A stretch of 64,000 nt of DNA from Entomortierella parvispora E1425 (lineage: Eukaryota; Fungi; Mortierellomycota): positions 1,054,001-1,118,000 of the forward strand of contig BQFW01000008.1 in the NCBI GenBank assembly GCA_020891255.1, in the 5' to 3' direction. Numbering within the stretch: position 1 is the first letter of the stretch; every line of letters begins with the position of its first letter. Below, piece after piece: positions 51,614 through 63,035 of this stretch. The notes under the pieces were generated by a model, which worked only from the letters and a program-made list of their open reading frames with translations, searched no databases and had not been told where the DNA came from. A program made the translations under genes and the position numbers.

Positions 51614-52369
51614 GGTTGATGTTGATTATGATATACTGTTGGATGGAAAGAGTGAAGGTCAGCGATCGATTGTGGTTCCTCTGTCAAGAAGGTAGGAGCT
51701 AGAGGAGGGTCTGGTAAGTGAATGTTTGCACTGTGCTCGTACCAAGAGAGGCGGAGGTGAAGAGGTGACGGTGAGAGTGAGAGTGAGTGAGAGTGAGTGA
51801 GAGAAGAGTAAAAGAGAGAGAGCCGATGGTGATGATAGAGAAGAAAAAGTAGAAAAGGGGGGAAAGAAGCGGAGGAAAGAAACGACAAAAAAAGCGTTGT
51901 TCGTCTCTCCCCCGGGCAGCTCCTTTTTGTATGTCTTGGTCGGAATTCGCACGCATCTCATCGGAGCATCCTTTTTATCGTCGTGCTGCCATGTGCAGAC
52001 TTCTATTGAAACGACGGACCGATCAATACAGTAAAGAAAACTATACGGAGATAAGCACGTCCCAAAGGAAACCCTTTTTTCTCCCGTTGTCGCCATCGCC
52101 TGCCTGGCTAGCTCTGTCACACTGTTTGCAGCACTGTCCGACTGACTATCCATCTCTCCACTTGCGGCCATTCTCCCACACTCTGCAACCTCCCACACGA
52201 GGGCAAGCGTTCCAGCCAAGAAATGTGCGCACGCCATTCACTCTTCGCTCTGTCTCTCCCCATGCCATTCCCCTCCATCATGCATTGTGTCCCCTTTATT
52301 TCCCTCTCGTTATCGCCCCTCTCCAACTGACAGACAGCAGAGTTATCGATGTGAATCTGTGAGGGCGAG

Positions 52370-53347
52370 CGTGAGAAATTGAGTGATATTTCTTTTTAGT
52401 AAAAAAAAATGTCTCTTCATCGATTTCATTTTGAAGCTCCTCGTATCCCCGACCTGTGATGACACCTAGCATCTCAATTTATTTTTGGTACTCACAATGG
52501 TATCGCTCCGAAAGGAAGGCAAGTAATCACTCGGGAGAGGTGAGGTGGGTGGGGGGTAGGCTACCTCGTTTGTTTCTCAAGGTTCGGACACTGGGGAACG
52601 GAGAGTTTGGACATCGCATGACTAAAATGAAATACGATTAGTCCTCTCCAACGCTCCAGGTCGCAAACAATGATCACAATGTGTTTTTTTCATATTAAAC
52701 CGACAATGACCAGGACACCAATGGATCTCGGGAGCGTAAAGTAAAAAAAGGGCATGGCATCTCCGGATCTTTCCCTTTTCTTTGTTAGAGTGGGGTTTGC
52801 CCTTGACTGGGCGCAATTGTTGACTCTGGCCGGCTTCATGTGGAAATTGGCCGTAGATGTGATTGTGAGAAAATAAAAAAAAGGGAAGAATTGCATGTGA
52901 GCGAACAGAGCCTGGATTCTTTTTTTGTGAACACTTGCAGAGGCAATTGTGCCCCCCCCCCACCTTTCCCTTTGACCAAAGTGTCCGTTGTGCTCGTTTT
53001 GACGTTTACCAACGGACCTCACTGCAATTCCGCCTCCAAACCATCCCACAGGGCCTGCCTGTTTCTTCTCTTTCTCATCAAAACTCAGGCACTTTCTCCA
53101 AATCAGGGTGTGACTGCGACTGATCTAGATTATCGCGTCCGATCATCTCCCATCATGATCTGTGCGCGGACAATAAGCTTCACGTGCCGCCCAGCCAATC
53201 GCCTCCAAGAACAGCATTCCCACGACTCCAAACCGGGCTACTTTTCCACGGGTACGAAAAAGGAAATCTGCCGCAATTCATGGGGGGGGATTCCTGTTTG
53301 TGAAGATACGACGGCCTAGGTCTGTGACAAACAGCAATATTCCCACG
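52370..53347. promoter_or_regulatory. Cluster of four CSL-consensus sites (YGTGRGAA) upstream of the CSL gene
   Basis: CGTGAGAA 52370-52377, TGTGAGAA 52864-52871, TTCCCACG 53217-53224, TTCCCACG 53340-53347. Function is inferred. Confidence 0.5.
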
Positions 53348-53385
53348 GATCTTTCATTTTTTTTCTTTATCAATGAGAAATACTA

Positions 53386-55884
53386 CTATGGCGATGGGAG
53401 ATTCAAAAGCGATTCTTTCAATGACTCTTCCTCTTCCAGACGACGTTGCCTCAGTGCCGCTTCTCGCTCTGCTATTACGCTGGCTTCAGTTCGAAAAGCG
53501 CTTGGGGGGATATAATATGCAGCTGGAAGTTCGCTGTCAGGTCCACTCAGGTTTCTTTCCAGTGAATGAACTTTTGGTGGAGGGCCCAGCCCAACACTGA
53601 CCCCAAGACCGGATGACGCAATTGTAGTGGGGGGTACAGTTGTCGTAATAGGGACGGTGCCTGATGATTTCCGCCAGTCCTTCTGTTCTTGCAGTTGGCG
53701 CTCTCGTTTGGCGTAGTAGGCATCCTGAACTTGCTGCGGGGTTTTCACAGGATTGTTCCTCGTTGCCATGGAAATGGCCTTGGTTGTCACTCGTCGAACC
53801 ACCTGAACTTCTGGCGATCGAGAGCGAGACTGCGGTGGTTGCTGGCCAGGCTGTTGTAGTGCAGCATGCACTATCGGATGTGACTGTGTCGTCACACTTG
53901 ATAGCGACGAGGCTTGAGGTGGCTGTGTGGAGGCTGGCGGCAATGGCTTTGGGAGCAAGGATATCGATTGTGACAAGGGTTCGTTCATCTTGTAGATCTG
54001 GTTACCGTCCCTATTTGATACTGCTAAAGGAGGAGGGACGCCCGGGATACCAGAAGGGGTTTTCGAATCAAATGTCCATTGATTCGATTGGATTATCATC
54101 ACGTTCTGGTGTGGTGGCTGGTCAGGTAGCCGCGTTGGTTTAAAATAAATTGGCCCTGGCTGTCCTTTGCGATCGCTGGACGATGATGATATCGAAGCCG
54201 CTGAGGTTGAAGAGGCAGAGGATATTGATCCAAGTTTCTGGTTTATAGAAGAGGATGCCTCTGGCACTGATGACGAAGATCCTGAGCCCTTGCTGTCGAT
54301 GTTTTCCTTCAGACTATCCCGATGACGTCTTAAATTGTCAATGTCACGATGAATGGTGGTAAGATCCTGCGGTCCAGACGGCTGACTAGAAGACGATCTG
54401 GGCGATAGTGATCCATCCGATGACCTCGCAGACCTGAAGGGCGAGTGTGAATGCGCGCGAGCTGCTAGTATGGCTGGTGAAACTGGCGGTGAGTCCATCT
54501 GCGGCACTGAGGACAAACGAGGTCCTACTTCGTGACTTTCAGGTGTGGAGTGAGAAGAGACTGTGATGGTAGTGCAGGATGAGTGAGATCCAGCCAGCGA
54601 TGACGCCGAGCCAACTGACGCAACGGAGGATGCGCGTTGGCTGCTTAAGCCCATGAATGCTGGGCCAGCCTTCCAGTCATGCAGGTAAGCGTCGTCGAAC
54701 TGCGGCATCACCAAGTCCATGTCGGAAGCCATGCCAAGTATCATGTTCATATCTGCGTCGAGAGCATCGCTTTCAATATCCATACTCTCAGGATCCTCTC
54801 CTGGACTCTGTTCAACATCGGATCCACTCGCGGATTCTGAACCGGAAGAGCCATCTTTCTGCTGGCGTGGCGCCTCCAAGTGATCATCGTTGTTGCTGTT
54901 ATTGTTGCTGGCGGCTTGCTTGGCAGATGCTGACTCCACGTCCTCGTCCGAGATGCCATCAATATCCACAGTCTCGGATGACTCTCTTCTCTGTCGCTTT
55001 GTCGTGCTGATCGAAGAAGATGTCGTCGCCAAAGCAGCCTGATCCGATTCGATGCCAAGGTCAGTTTCGATCTCACCATCTGAGTCAGGCTCGATGTGCA
55101 TAGCCTCTTGTGTTGGTGCATAGTGCAGTAGCTCTTGTGATGATAGGCCGTCGATACCAGTGATTACAGAGAGTGGTCTGATGTTGCTTAGAGTGGACCC
55201 AGAATGCTGCAGACGCCCAGTAGAGTCGCGCTGCGTGACGATCTTCAATGGATCAGAGGAAATTGCGTCCTCCATGTCAAACTCGTTGATAGTGGCTCCA
55301 AATCGATACAAAGTCCCAAAGCTGGCCGAGGTGAGAAGTGGAGACTCTTCAGTTGTCCTGTACCTTCTGAAGACAGAGCGTAGAGATTTCGGAGTTTTGG
55401 CTCGTTGGTATTGATAGGGCACCCCATGCGAGATAGATTGCCTGGATCGTGAGCGTGTTCGAGAAAAGGGAATTTGTGAGTCGAGATCGCTCTCAACTAG
55501 TCCAGTATGAGAATGTCGGCGAGCTCTTGTCATGGCGTCGCTAATACCAAGTCGCTGAGAATCCTTGCCATGGTTTGAGTTGGGTTGCTGAGTGGGTTCA
55601 GGTGTATTGGTCTGTCCTTGTTGTGGCCAGGTGGGCTGTGAGACGCCAAGATAGTCCTTTGCGTGATTTGGTGTACTTGTAGAGGACCCTCTGCGATGGA
55701 TGTCGTAGGGGTTGATGGTATCGAGGGTATCGTTGGTGCCTAGGGTAGTTGTAATGGCCTTCTCAGATACAACCACGTTCGAGCACAGATCGGTTTTTCG
55801 TGGTAGTACCACTAACACCTTGCTAGCCTGAGTTGAGCCGTTGCCATCATCCTCCAGTTTATGAGTAGGCACAAGGAATAACAT
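53386..55884 (-). CDS. Uncharacterised 832-aa Ser-rich, largely disordered protein
   Basis: Long ATG-initiated ORF with typical fungal IDR composition (RSRSRS, acidic tracts) and a coiled-coil-like C-terminus. No domain recognised. Confidence 0.75.
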   Translation of the reverse strand: MLFLVPTHKLEDDGNGSTQASKVLVVLPRKTDLCSNVVVSEKAITTTLGTNDTLDTINPYDIHRRGSSTSTPNHAKDYLGVSQPTWPQQGQTNTPEPTQQPNSNHGKDSQRLGISDAMTRARRHSHTGLVESDLDSQIPFSRTRSRSRQSISHGVPYQYQRAKTPKSLRSVFRRYRTTEESPLLTSASFGTLYRFGATINEFDMEDAISSDPLKIVTQRDSTGRLQHSGSTLSNIRPLSVITGIDGLSSQELLHYAPTQEAMHIEPDSDGEIETDLGIESDQAALATTSSSISTTKRQRRESSETVDIDGISDEDVESASAKQAASNNNSNNDDHLEAPRQQKDGSSGSESASGSDVEQSPGEDPESMDIESDALDADMNMILGMASDMDLVMPQFDDAYLHDWKAGPAFMGLSSQRASSVASVGSASSLAGSHSSCTTITVSSHSTPESHEVGPRLSSVPQMDSPPVSPAILAARAHSHSPFRSARSSDGSLSPRSSSSQPSGPQDLTTIHRDIDNLRRHRDSLKENIDSKGSGSSSSVPEASSSINQKLGSISSASSTSAASISSSSSDRKGQPGPIYFKPTRLPDQPPHQNVMIIQSNQWTFDSKTPSGIPGVPPPLAVSNRDGNQIYKMNEPLSQSISLLPKPLPPASTQPPQASSLSSVTTQSHPIVHAALQQPGQQPPQSRSRSPEVQVVRRVTTKAISMATRNNPVKTPQQVQDAYYAKRERQLQEQKDWRKSSGTVPITTTVPPTTIASSGLGVSVGLGPPPKVHSLERNLSGPDSELPAAYYIPPSAFRTEASVIAEREAALRQRRLEEEESLKESLLNLPSP

Positions 55885-56753
55885 ATTATCGGTCGGGTGC
55901 TTGAGCGTTCTGTGAAAACCTTTTAATCTTTGTAACAGGAGTTAGTCCCAGATGAACTACAGCATGGTGATCGTTGATGGGATGTCACTCACCAAGGAGG
56001 CTGCAACAAGGACACGCAGGCTTGAAAGGGTAACCTCGTCGTTGCAAAAGCTGGCTGGTCGGTTGTCTGCGATATTGCTTCAGATTTTAGATTTGTGCAA
56101 CAGTGGAACTAGGGAGCAGAATGGGAATGGGCACGGTCAATGGACTGAATAATGTAGGGTTGGATGAATGCGAATGAATGAGCGACTGGAGGGGCAATGA
56201 AGTTCGGTCTGTTTTGCGAAGGACAGGTGGGCAAGAGAGAGAGAGAGAGAGAGGACCGTTGGAAGCAAGTAAATAAAGTAATAGTGCAGGCGACAGTTGA
56301 GAAGGGGATCGACTGTTGCGACAAGGACAAACTGGAATCGCGATCGCTTCTTGACTATTCTCACCACATGGGAGCTGGCGCGACGCGTGTGTGGATGGAC
56401 TATTGGAGAAATAGTTGCTGGTAGAGACTCGGGTACCAAGGGCATAGACAGGCGAGGTAGATAGCTGTGTAAAAAAAAAAGAAGAGTAGATGGGTAAAGG
56501 TCAATTGAAGGACTCACCATCGCCGTGAAGACATACTGGCGACCGCCGTCATATCTTTTCTCCTTCATACCCGCGATGATATGCGGCTGCTGTGAGTGGG
56601 CAATCCAGTGGCCAATGGTCACTGCAAGGAGAACGAAAATGATCGCATGGCCTGCACAGTGCACGTGATCTGGTCGCGCCCTCAAAAATCCAAAAAAAAG
56701 GACATGCATGCACTCTCGCTTGCCTACATACACGTTCACATTCTTCTTTCGCC

Positions 56754-57911
56754 ATGGGGTACCTCTCCCTCGAATCACATTTGCCTCCATCACATGCGCC
56801 ATTACTTCCTCCAGGCGATTATTTCTCAATCACAGACACTCAGGCTTCGGACGGCAACTTTTTGTTGCACCATTTCATTTCCAATTATGTCAAAGCTGAT
56901 CAGAATGTAGTGCTTGTTGGACTTGCGGGTATCCTTGTGCACTATACTATGGTCGGACGAAAATTGGCAAGTGGCCTCTCTTGTGGAAAATGTATTCTTC
57001 GACTTGAGACGCACACGCTAATGGTCTACCATGTCTTTCTAGGGAGTAAATTTGGCGACAGCAAGGACAAAGGGCAATTTTTATTTTGTGGATGGATTGA
57101 CTCAACTGACGGACTACGCTGCACCAAACAAGGATCATATTGCCAGACCTGCTGAGCCAAAGCCTCTTGCTTCAGGACCGCCATCTCGCACAATACCCGC
57201 ACCCCCACCACCCATTGTCCTCTGCTACAGCCCGAAGCTTGCAGATTTTTACCGTGTTCTGGAAGATTTGATCAAAAATACTGTCTCTAAGAACAGCAAG
57301 GGACCAACAGGGCAGGAGAGACAGCTCTGCTTGATCTTGGATGACCTCTCAGTGTTACTGAACTGTGGATGGTCATGTAGGGATGTCCTAGCCCTGGTGC
57401 GGTACCTGAAGCTGCTAGTTAGCCAGGTATGTGGATATGGCCACAATTTACATGAAGGCTCTGAGATCAACGACTCACGCTCGCCTTTTATTTTGAATGT
57501 AGCACAACGGAACTCTGATCACCCTTGTCCATGCTGATGGAGTCATGGCAGAGGAGCCTAGTCAGGATGGGCTGGTCAAAGGTGTTTTGTACGAGGCTGA
57601 CTATATCTTGGATGTCAGAGGTCTTGACAGTGGCGGATCTAGGGATGTTCATGGTCAGGTATGTGTTTGAAATTAACTATAATGATACAGCACAAGGCTC
57701 CTCCTTCAGATGAATATCAGTTGACTAAGCACACTTTTTGATCTTGTTGATCTTACGTTAGTTGTCAATGCTCCATGGACCAGGATACCTTCTCCGTCAG
57801 CGGTCGGGTCAAGTCAAAGAAAACGAGTGGCCAGCACTCACTCTTCACTACAAGATACTCGATAACAATGTCGAAGTATTCGCGAAGGGATACTCTTCTG
57901 GAGTGTTGTAG
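56754..57911 (+). CDS. ELP6: Elongator complex protein 6; exons 56754-56966, 57043-57426, 57501-57658, 57762-57911 (first intron GC-AG)
   Basis: DGNFLLHHFI..VVLVGL..HY..GRKL-GVNL..G.F.FVDGL, LCLILDDLSVLL and DYILDVRGLDSG.SRDVHGQL..LHYKILD..V..F.KG give a RecA-like ELP6 pattern. Confidence 0.9.
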
Positions 57912-57944
57912 TTTGGTCCTTCTACATTTTAAAAAATAAAAGTG

Positions 57945-57975
<31 letters not shown>

Positions 57976-58039
57976 CTTTCTTAATTGCAGTGTCTCCCTT
58001 TTCCTCCTCTCCTGGTAATCTTTCATTGTCAAGTTCACC

Positions 58040-58792
58040 ATGGCCCAACACTCCACTTCATCCTCAGGATGCAGCGACCATCACCACCATCAGCCTGGCC
58101 ATGTCTGTAACCATGCCCCGTCCTCATTTGCAGAAAACCTGGACGAGATTGAGTTTAGTCGGTCAATTCATGCCGCGTGCATTGCCAACAACTCTGAAAG
58201 GGTCAAAACTATCCTTTCCAAAGGGACTCGTGGAGGCATATCTCCAGCCGACTCATTGGATTCATCTGGATACACTGCGTTAGTACGTGCCCACCTATTT
58301 CTAAAGCCGGACTCTTCTGTCTACCAATCTAACCTTTGGCTCATTTTTGTTTTGTAGCATTACGCCAGTCGCGTAGGAAACAAGGATATCTGCACTTTAC
58401 TTTTGAACGCAGGAGCTGATGTGGACGCGAAAACGCCCGAGCTAGGAGCAACGCCTCTGATGCGGGCGGTCCAGCAAAATCACTTGGCAGTTGTTCGGCT
58501 GTTGGTTTCTTACGGTGCGGACGTGGAGCTGGTTAATTCTGATCGAGAAAATGTCTTCCATATCCTTGCCAAGGCAGCATCTTCTTCCTCGGGGCAGGAT
58601 CGGGGCGAAAAGTTCATTGGACTAGCGCGATGGCTCAAGGTCAAAGCGGACAGTCAGTCAGGACGCTTCCAGAGGATGCTTCAGGCGCTTGATCTGCAGG
58701 GACATCGACCTCAAGAATACCTTCACAACTGCGACGGACTGGCAGATATCTGGAGCCTGGACGCTGACCCACACGTGACCACGCAGAACTGA
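58040..58792 (+). CDS. ANKRD39: Ankyrin repeat protein, ANKRD39-like; exons 58040-58282, 58358-58792
   Basis: [57 protein letters not shown] matches my recollection of the ANKRD39 pattern ([30 protein letters not shown]). Confidence 0.82.
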
Positions 58793-58876
58793 GGAGGAGT
58801 TGAGCTTCCAGGCATTGCACTTTCGTTCTTGACCTTCTTCATTCATCAAGTTTCCACCAAGAACAAAGGGACGAAC

Positions 58877-59306
58877 ATGAGCGACAGTCAATTCTGTTAT
58901 GCGCATTGGCGCGATGTGGATCTACTTTGTTCAATGGATGACCCTGATTCGGAGCCATTCCCACCCGAGTTTCGTCTGTGTAAGTTTTCTTGTCTTTGAA
59001 AATATTTTCCAGACCCGTCCATCGTTCACTAACACAACCCCTGCCCTTTATTTTACTAGTGGATGAGTTTCCCAAAGAAGTAGATGCCATGCCTATCCAG
59101 AAGAAGGTGGTGCAAGATGATAGCGACGATGAAGCCGATGACCACAAGACAGGTAGATAGAAGGGACTTCTAACGTGATGACAACGTAGACAATGTGTTG
59201 ACGCGAGTTGTTTGTTTTTCTTGGTTGCTCTTTAGAAGAAGATCCAGAAAAAGAACAAGAGTGGAACGACGCAGACAATACGACAGAGCGTGGATCTGGA
59301 ATCTAA
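58877..59306 (+). CDS. Small acidic protein, probably anaphase-promoting complex subunit 13 (APC13/Swm1)-like; exons 58877-58979, 59060-59152, 59236-59306
   Basis: Two canonical phase-1 introns (GTAAGT..CTAAC..CTAG; GTAGAT..CTAAC..TTAG) give an 88-aa ORF, MSDSQFCYAHWRDVDLL..EKEQEWND... The gene is well supported; the APC13 identity is tentative. Confidence 0.65.
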
Positions 59307-59503
59307 CGGACGAGTTTGGTCCGCCTGTCACTACCATGGCCAATTTGTAATTGTATCTTTATACGCGTTCGAGTTCATACACACGAATGTGCTGTTCATT
59401 ATTATCATTATTATACGTCTTTTTTCATTACTATGGGATTATGACATGGAGTCGTGCGATCGTATGCTTGTTGAGTTTTGAGTTTTGGATGAAAGAACAA
59501 TGT

Positions 59504-60336
59504 CTACCGCAAATGCTCTTCTACATCAATCGAGCGAACTGGTGCTATTGAGGGTTGCAGGGTCCTTTTCATGATTGGGACTGTTTGAACGCCTGAGGCT
59601 GTGACACCAACGGCATCAAAGACCTGGAGAGCTCCTGTTTGATGAGGACCGGGTCTGAACCAGTTCTGATGATGAACCTTCTCGACTCGCTCCCATGGTG
59701 GAATTCTTGTGGAGGGTGCCAGGGTTACCGTGGCATTGTTATTGCCTTGACCATGACCATTGTTGTGACCGCTGTTCCCACTGCTAGTACTCCCGTGCCG
59801 TTGATGATGTCGTCCTCCGTCAGTAGAGGGCTCTTTAAGTGCGCCTGCAGAGGCGGTATTGGACGAGGACGGAACCTTTTGGAATGGCGGTGGGGGTGGC
59901 AAATAGTCTCCTGTTGCGATACCAGCATTAGTTTGCAAGGGGGAAGTACCACTACCTTCCCTGCGACTCGGGCTCCGTTCCCGCAGAGAGGTAGACACTG
60001 GGGACATGGTCAATTGAGAGAAAGGTTGCGTAACAGCGGATGTGTAAATGACACCAGGAGGTTGCTGATGAGCTGGCAAGGTGTGTTGATAGGGTACACG
60101 ATCCTGAGCAGACGCACTGCTGCTAGGACTCAAATGATCCATGACAAATCCAATGTTATTGGGCCGACCGCGGTTACCAGTGTTAAAGGAAGCGTTACTA
60201 GAATCGTACATCGCAGCGTTGTTTTCGCGGGGGACAGGTCCGGCAGATTCCAGATCCTGCTGGTAGCTGCTGCTGCCGTTGCTCTTTTGGGACAGTGACG
60301 CGTTTCTTTTTGGTGGCACACGGTGTGTGGACGAGC

Positions 60337-60373
<37 letters not shown>

Positions 60374-63035
60374 ATTGGTACCAGTACCGGTGCTGTAGCT
60401 GTATGTAGGCTCGACGGGAGGGTTGGCGGCAGCAGTCGTAATGACAGGTTCTGGAGCAGGGATACCCTCTGTGGTATAAGACCCTTGATTAGGGAGGATT
60501 CGTCGACTAGCCTTCCTGGCAAGCTCTGCTTGTTGTTCAGCAGTCAGTTCGCGGTTAGCACTTTTTGCAGGTCGAGTGGTCGTGGAAGGAGGTGGTGGAG
60601 TATAGCCAACGTAACCATAATTGTCAACAGCTACCAAGCCAGGTCCTCCAGATGCTGTTGATGAGGGGGTCTTGTCCTCTGAGGAATTGTTCCGGCCCTT
60701 AGGACCCAGAGGTGGCGAGCGCTTCGTACTAGAGTTTCCCTGTCCTTGATATTGTTGACCCAATGTGGAGTGAGAAACATCCGTCGTGGATCTATTCAGA
60801 TGTGCGCCAGATGCGCTCATTTCCCGACTTTGGCTCAACAAGAGTTCCCGCTCTGCTCTCCAAGAGGATCCATTGAGGCGCGAGGACTGCACGTCTTTTA
60901 AACTCTTGCTCCGGGAAAGACTCTTTTTCAAAGTTCGCTCGCGATGAAGTTCAGCAGACCCGCTGTTCAAAAACTCTTGCATAGCTGACGGTGACGTTCC
61001 AGAAGATGCCAGAAGAGATGAAGCCGAGGCAGAGGCCAAGGATGTAGCGCCAGAAGGAGAGTCCGTAGTGACAGGGACGGCGGCGGCCATGGGCACGGCC
61101 GCTCCAGTCACAGTCTCGGTCAACAGTTGGGCAGGAATATCGCCCGTAGGATCTTGCCATGTCGGATCAAAAAAGTAAGGTTGCATCCTGCTCTTTGTCC
61201 ATCGGGGAGTATGCCCGGCAATCATGGGGTTATCAACGTTATGGGTTGCGATAGGGATAGGGATGACACATTGGTAGCTGGTATCACCCCCAGAGAAGAC
61301 CGACCGTTTTACTCGGATCACACAAAGCAATTCATAATAGACCTTCAAAAAATTGGACTCGAACGTGGGGATCGAGTATGTCTTGCCCGTTGGTGGGATG
61401 GTCGTCATGATCTCAACTTGACCTGTCTCGCCTGGACGGATTTTGCACTCGACAGACTCGGACATGATTTCGACCTGGGCTTCCTTGGACAGATTCGCGT
61501 AAGAAGTCGAGACGACACCTTTGATGGTTCTCCGAAGAATAATATCCATCCCGACGACCTTGTTCTGGCCATTGTTCACCAGAGTGGTGGCCATCAAGAG
61601 TGGGTCTCCGGGGACATAGATCTGCTGGTGCATCTTGATGCTAACATTGATCCCAGTTGGCTGGGCCTTGTGGAGTTGGTGCGTACTGCCGCCTTTCGGT
61701 ACCACTGCACCCACGGTGTCTCGGTAGGTCCACTCCATGGGCTTTGGTGCGAGGACATTGGGCATGTACTGACAGAGGACATCATCCGAGTTGAGAGCAG
61801 GCTCGAAAGGTCCATCTACATGGGCGGTCCAGACATATCGAATGGAGAACCCTTCGAGACTCTAGATTGTCCACATTAGGCAAACAAAGGGTCTGAGTAT
61901 CCGGAACATCAAATGACAAGCGAAAAGCTAACCTGTCATGTCTAGGAAGTTTCAAGTCAAAAGAGGGACAAGCAGTAAACTTACAGGGATACAAGGAGGA
62001 AAGTTGACATTGGGCACCTTCAGTGCAAATGGGTAAGCATAGGAGCCAGGCCCTATCTCTTGCCAGTTTGACAGCTCGTTCTCGGTCTGGTTCGAGCCCC
62101 AGGCCATGACCTCAGTCTCAAAGAGAGTGATGACGGTCTGCTGGAACTTTTGGCGGAGAGAATCACCGTTGGACTCCTGACCGAGCACAATGGCGCTTTC
62201 TTCGGCTGTCGCCCAGGCACAAGGAGCAATGCAAGACAAGGGTGAACGAGAGACAGCAAGGGACAAAGAAAGACAGAGAGATAGAAGGGAGGAGAGACAT
62301 GTTAGCGCAGTATATCAACAATTTGTCGCCTTGTGCGCTTTTGTCGTCCGTAAATTGGAAAGGAGAATAAGTTTGCCACTAGACTGAGTGTGGAGGAAGC
62401 AAGCATCGTTGTTCCTTAACACATGCACGAGCTGCAGTTGCAACAAATTGGTGCCCTGGCGTGGATCCGTGCAAGGTCGATCCAAGGACAAGGATATGGA
62501 TGAATATGAGATTGAAAATGAAAAGGGGGGATGAAAGCAGCGCACAGCCGTGCCGAGGCGCCGCGCGGTGGGCAGAAAAGAGGGCGATGACATAGTGCTG
62601 ATAGGCAGGTCTGGGAACGGGGCAGAGGACAGACAGGGACCTCTTTGTCCTTTCACTTAACCCCTAGATCCCCTTCTTTCTTAGTCCCCACTCCACCAGA
62701 AGCACCTTGCTATTGTTTGAATGGACAGGGAAGAATGAACACTGGCATTTACCTCGTAATTTGACGCGAATGCCGGCGGCGTAGCATGGTTTGATGAGCT
62801 TGAGCTCGACATGACCCCTCACAACGGCATTCGGTCGAAGTAGACAGGTCGTGCCTCCTTGCGAGAAAACAAGTCGGATCGAGGATTTTGTGGGCGTTGA
62901 TGATACGGAGGCATTGGCCGAGGTTCCTGGGGTGGTTCCTGTGCCTGAGTGAGAGGCCGCCAATGAGTTGTTCGTCGCGTGTGTCTGTGCGTGGTGCGGC
63001 TGTGAGGGGGAAGGGGAGGAGGGGGGAACTGCCAT
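59504..63035 (-). CDS. Alpha-arrestin-like protein with long disordered C-terminal tail; exons 62753-63035, 61985-62205, 59504-61861
   Basis: Arrestin-N: VVRGHVELKL..GIRVKLRAEE, GSYAYPFALKVPNVNFPP, IRY. Arrestin-C: YVPGD..VNNG..IL.R, TIPP..IPTFES..LKVYYEL, IPIPIAT. Confidence 0.85.
60338..60376 (-). repeat. (AAC)n trinucleotide repeat encoding 13 consecutive Asn in the arrestin tail
   Basis: The (GTT)n run on the plus strand is in frame with TNNNNNNNNNNNNNSS. Confidence 0.95.

Noticed and set aside
58790-58792. UGA as selenocysteine (also considered for 24173-24175 and 16516-16518)
   Set aside because: No SECIS-like element seen and the positions do not correspond to catalytic Cys. The 16516 UGA is explained by the antizyme frameshift.
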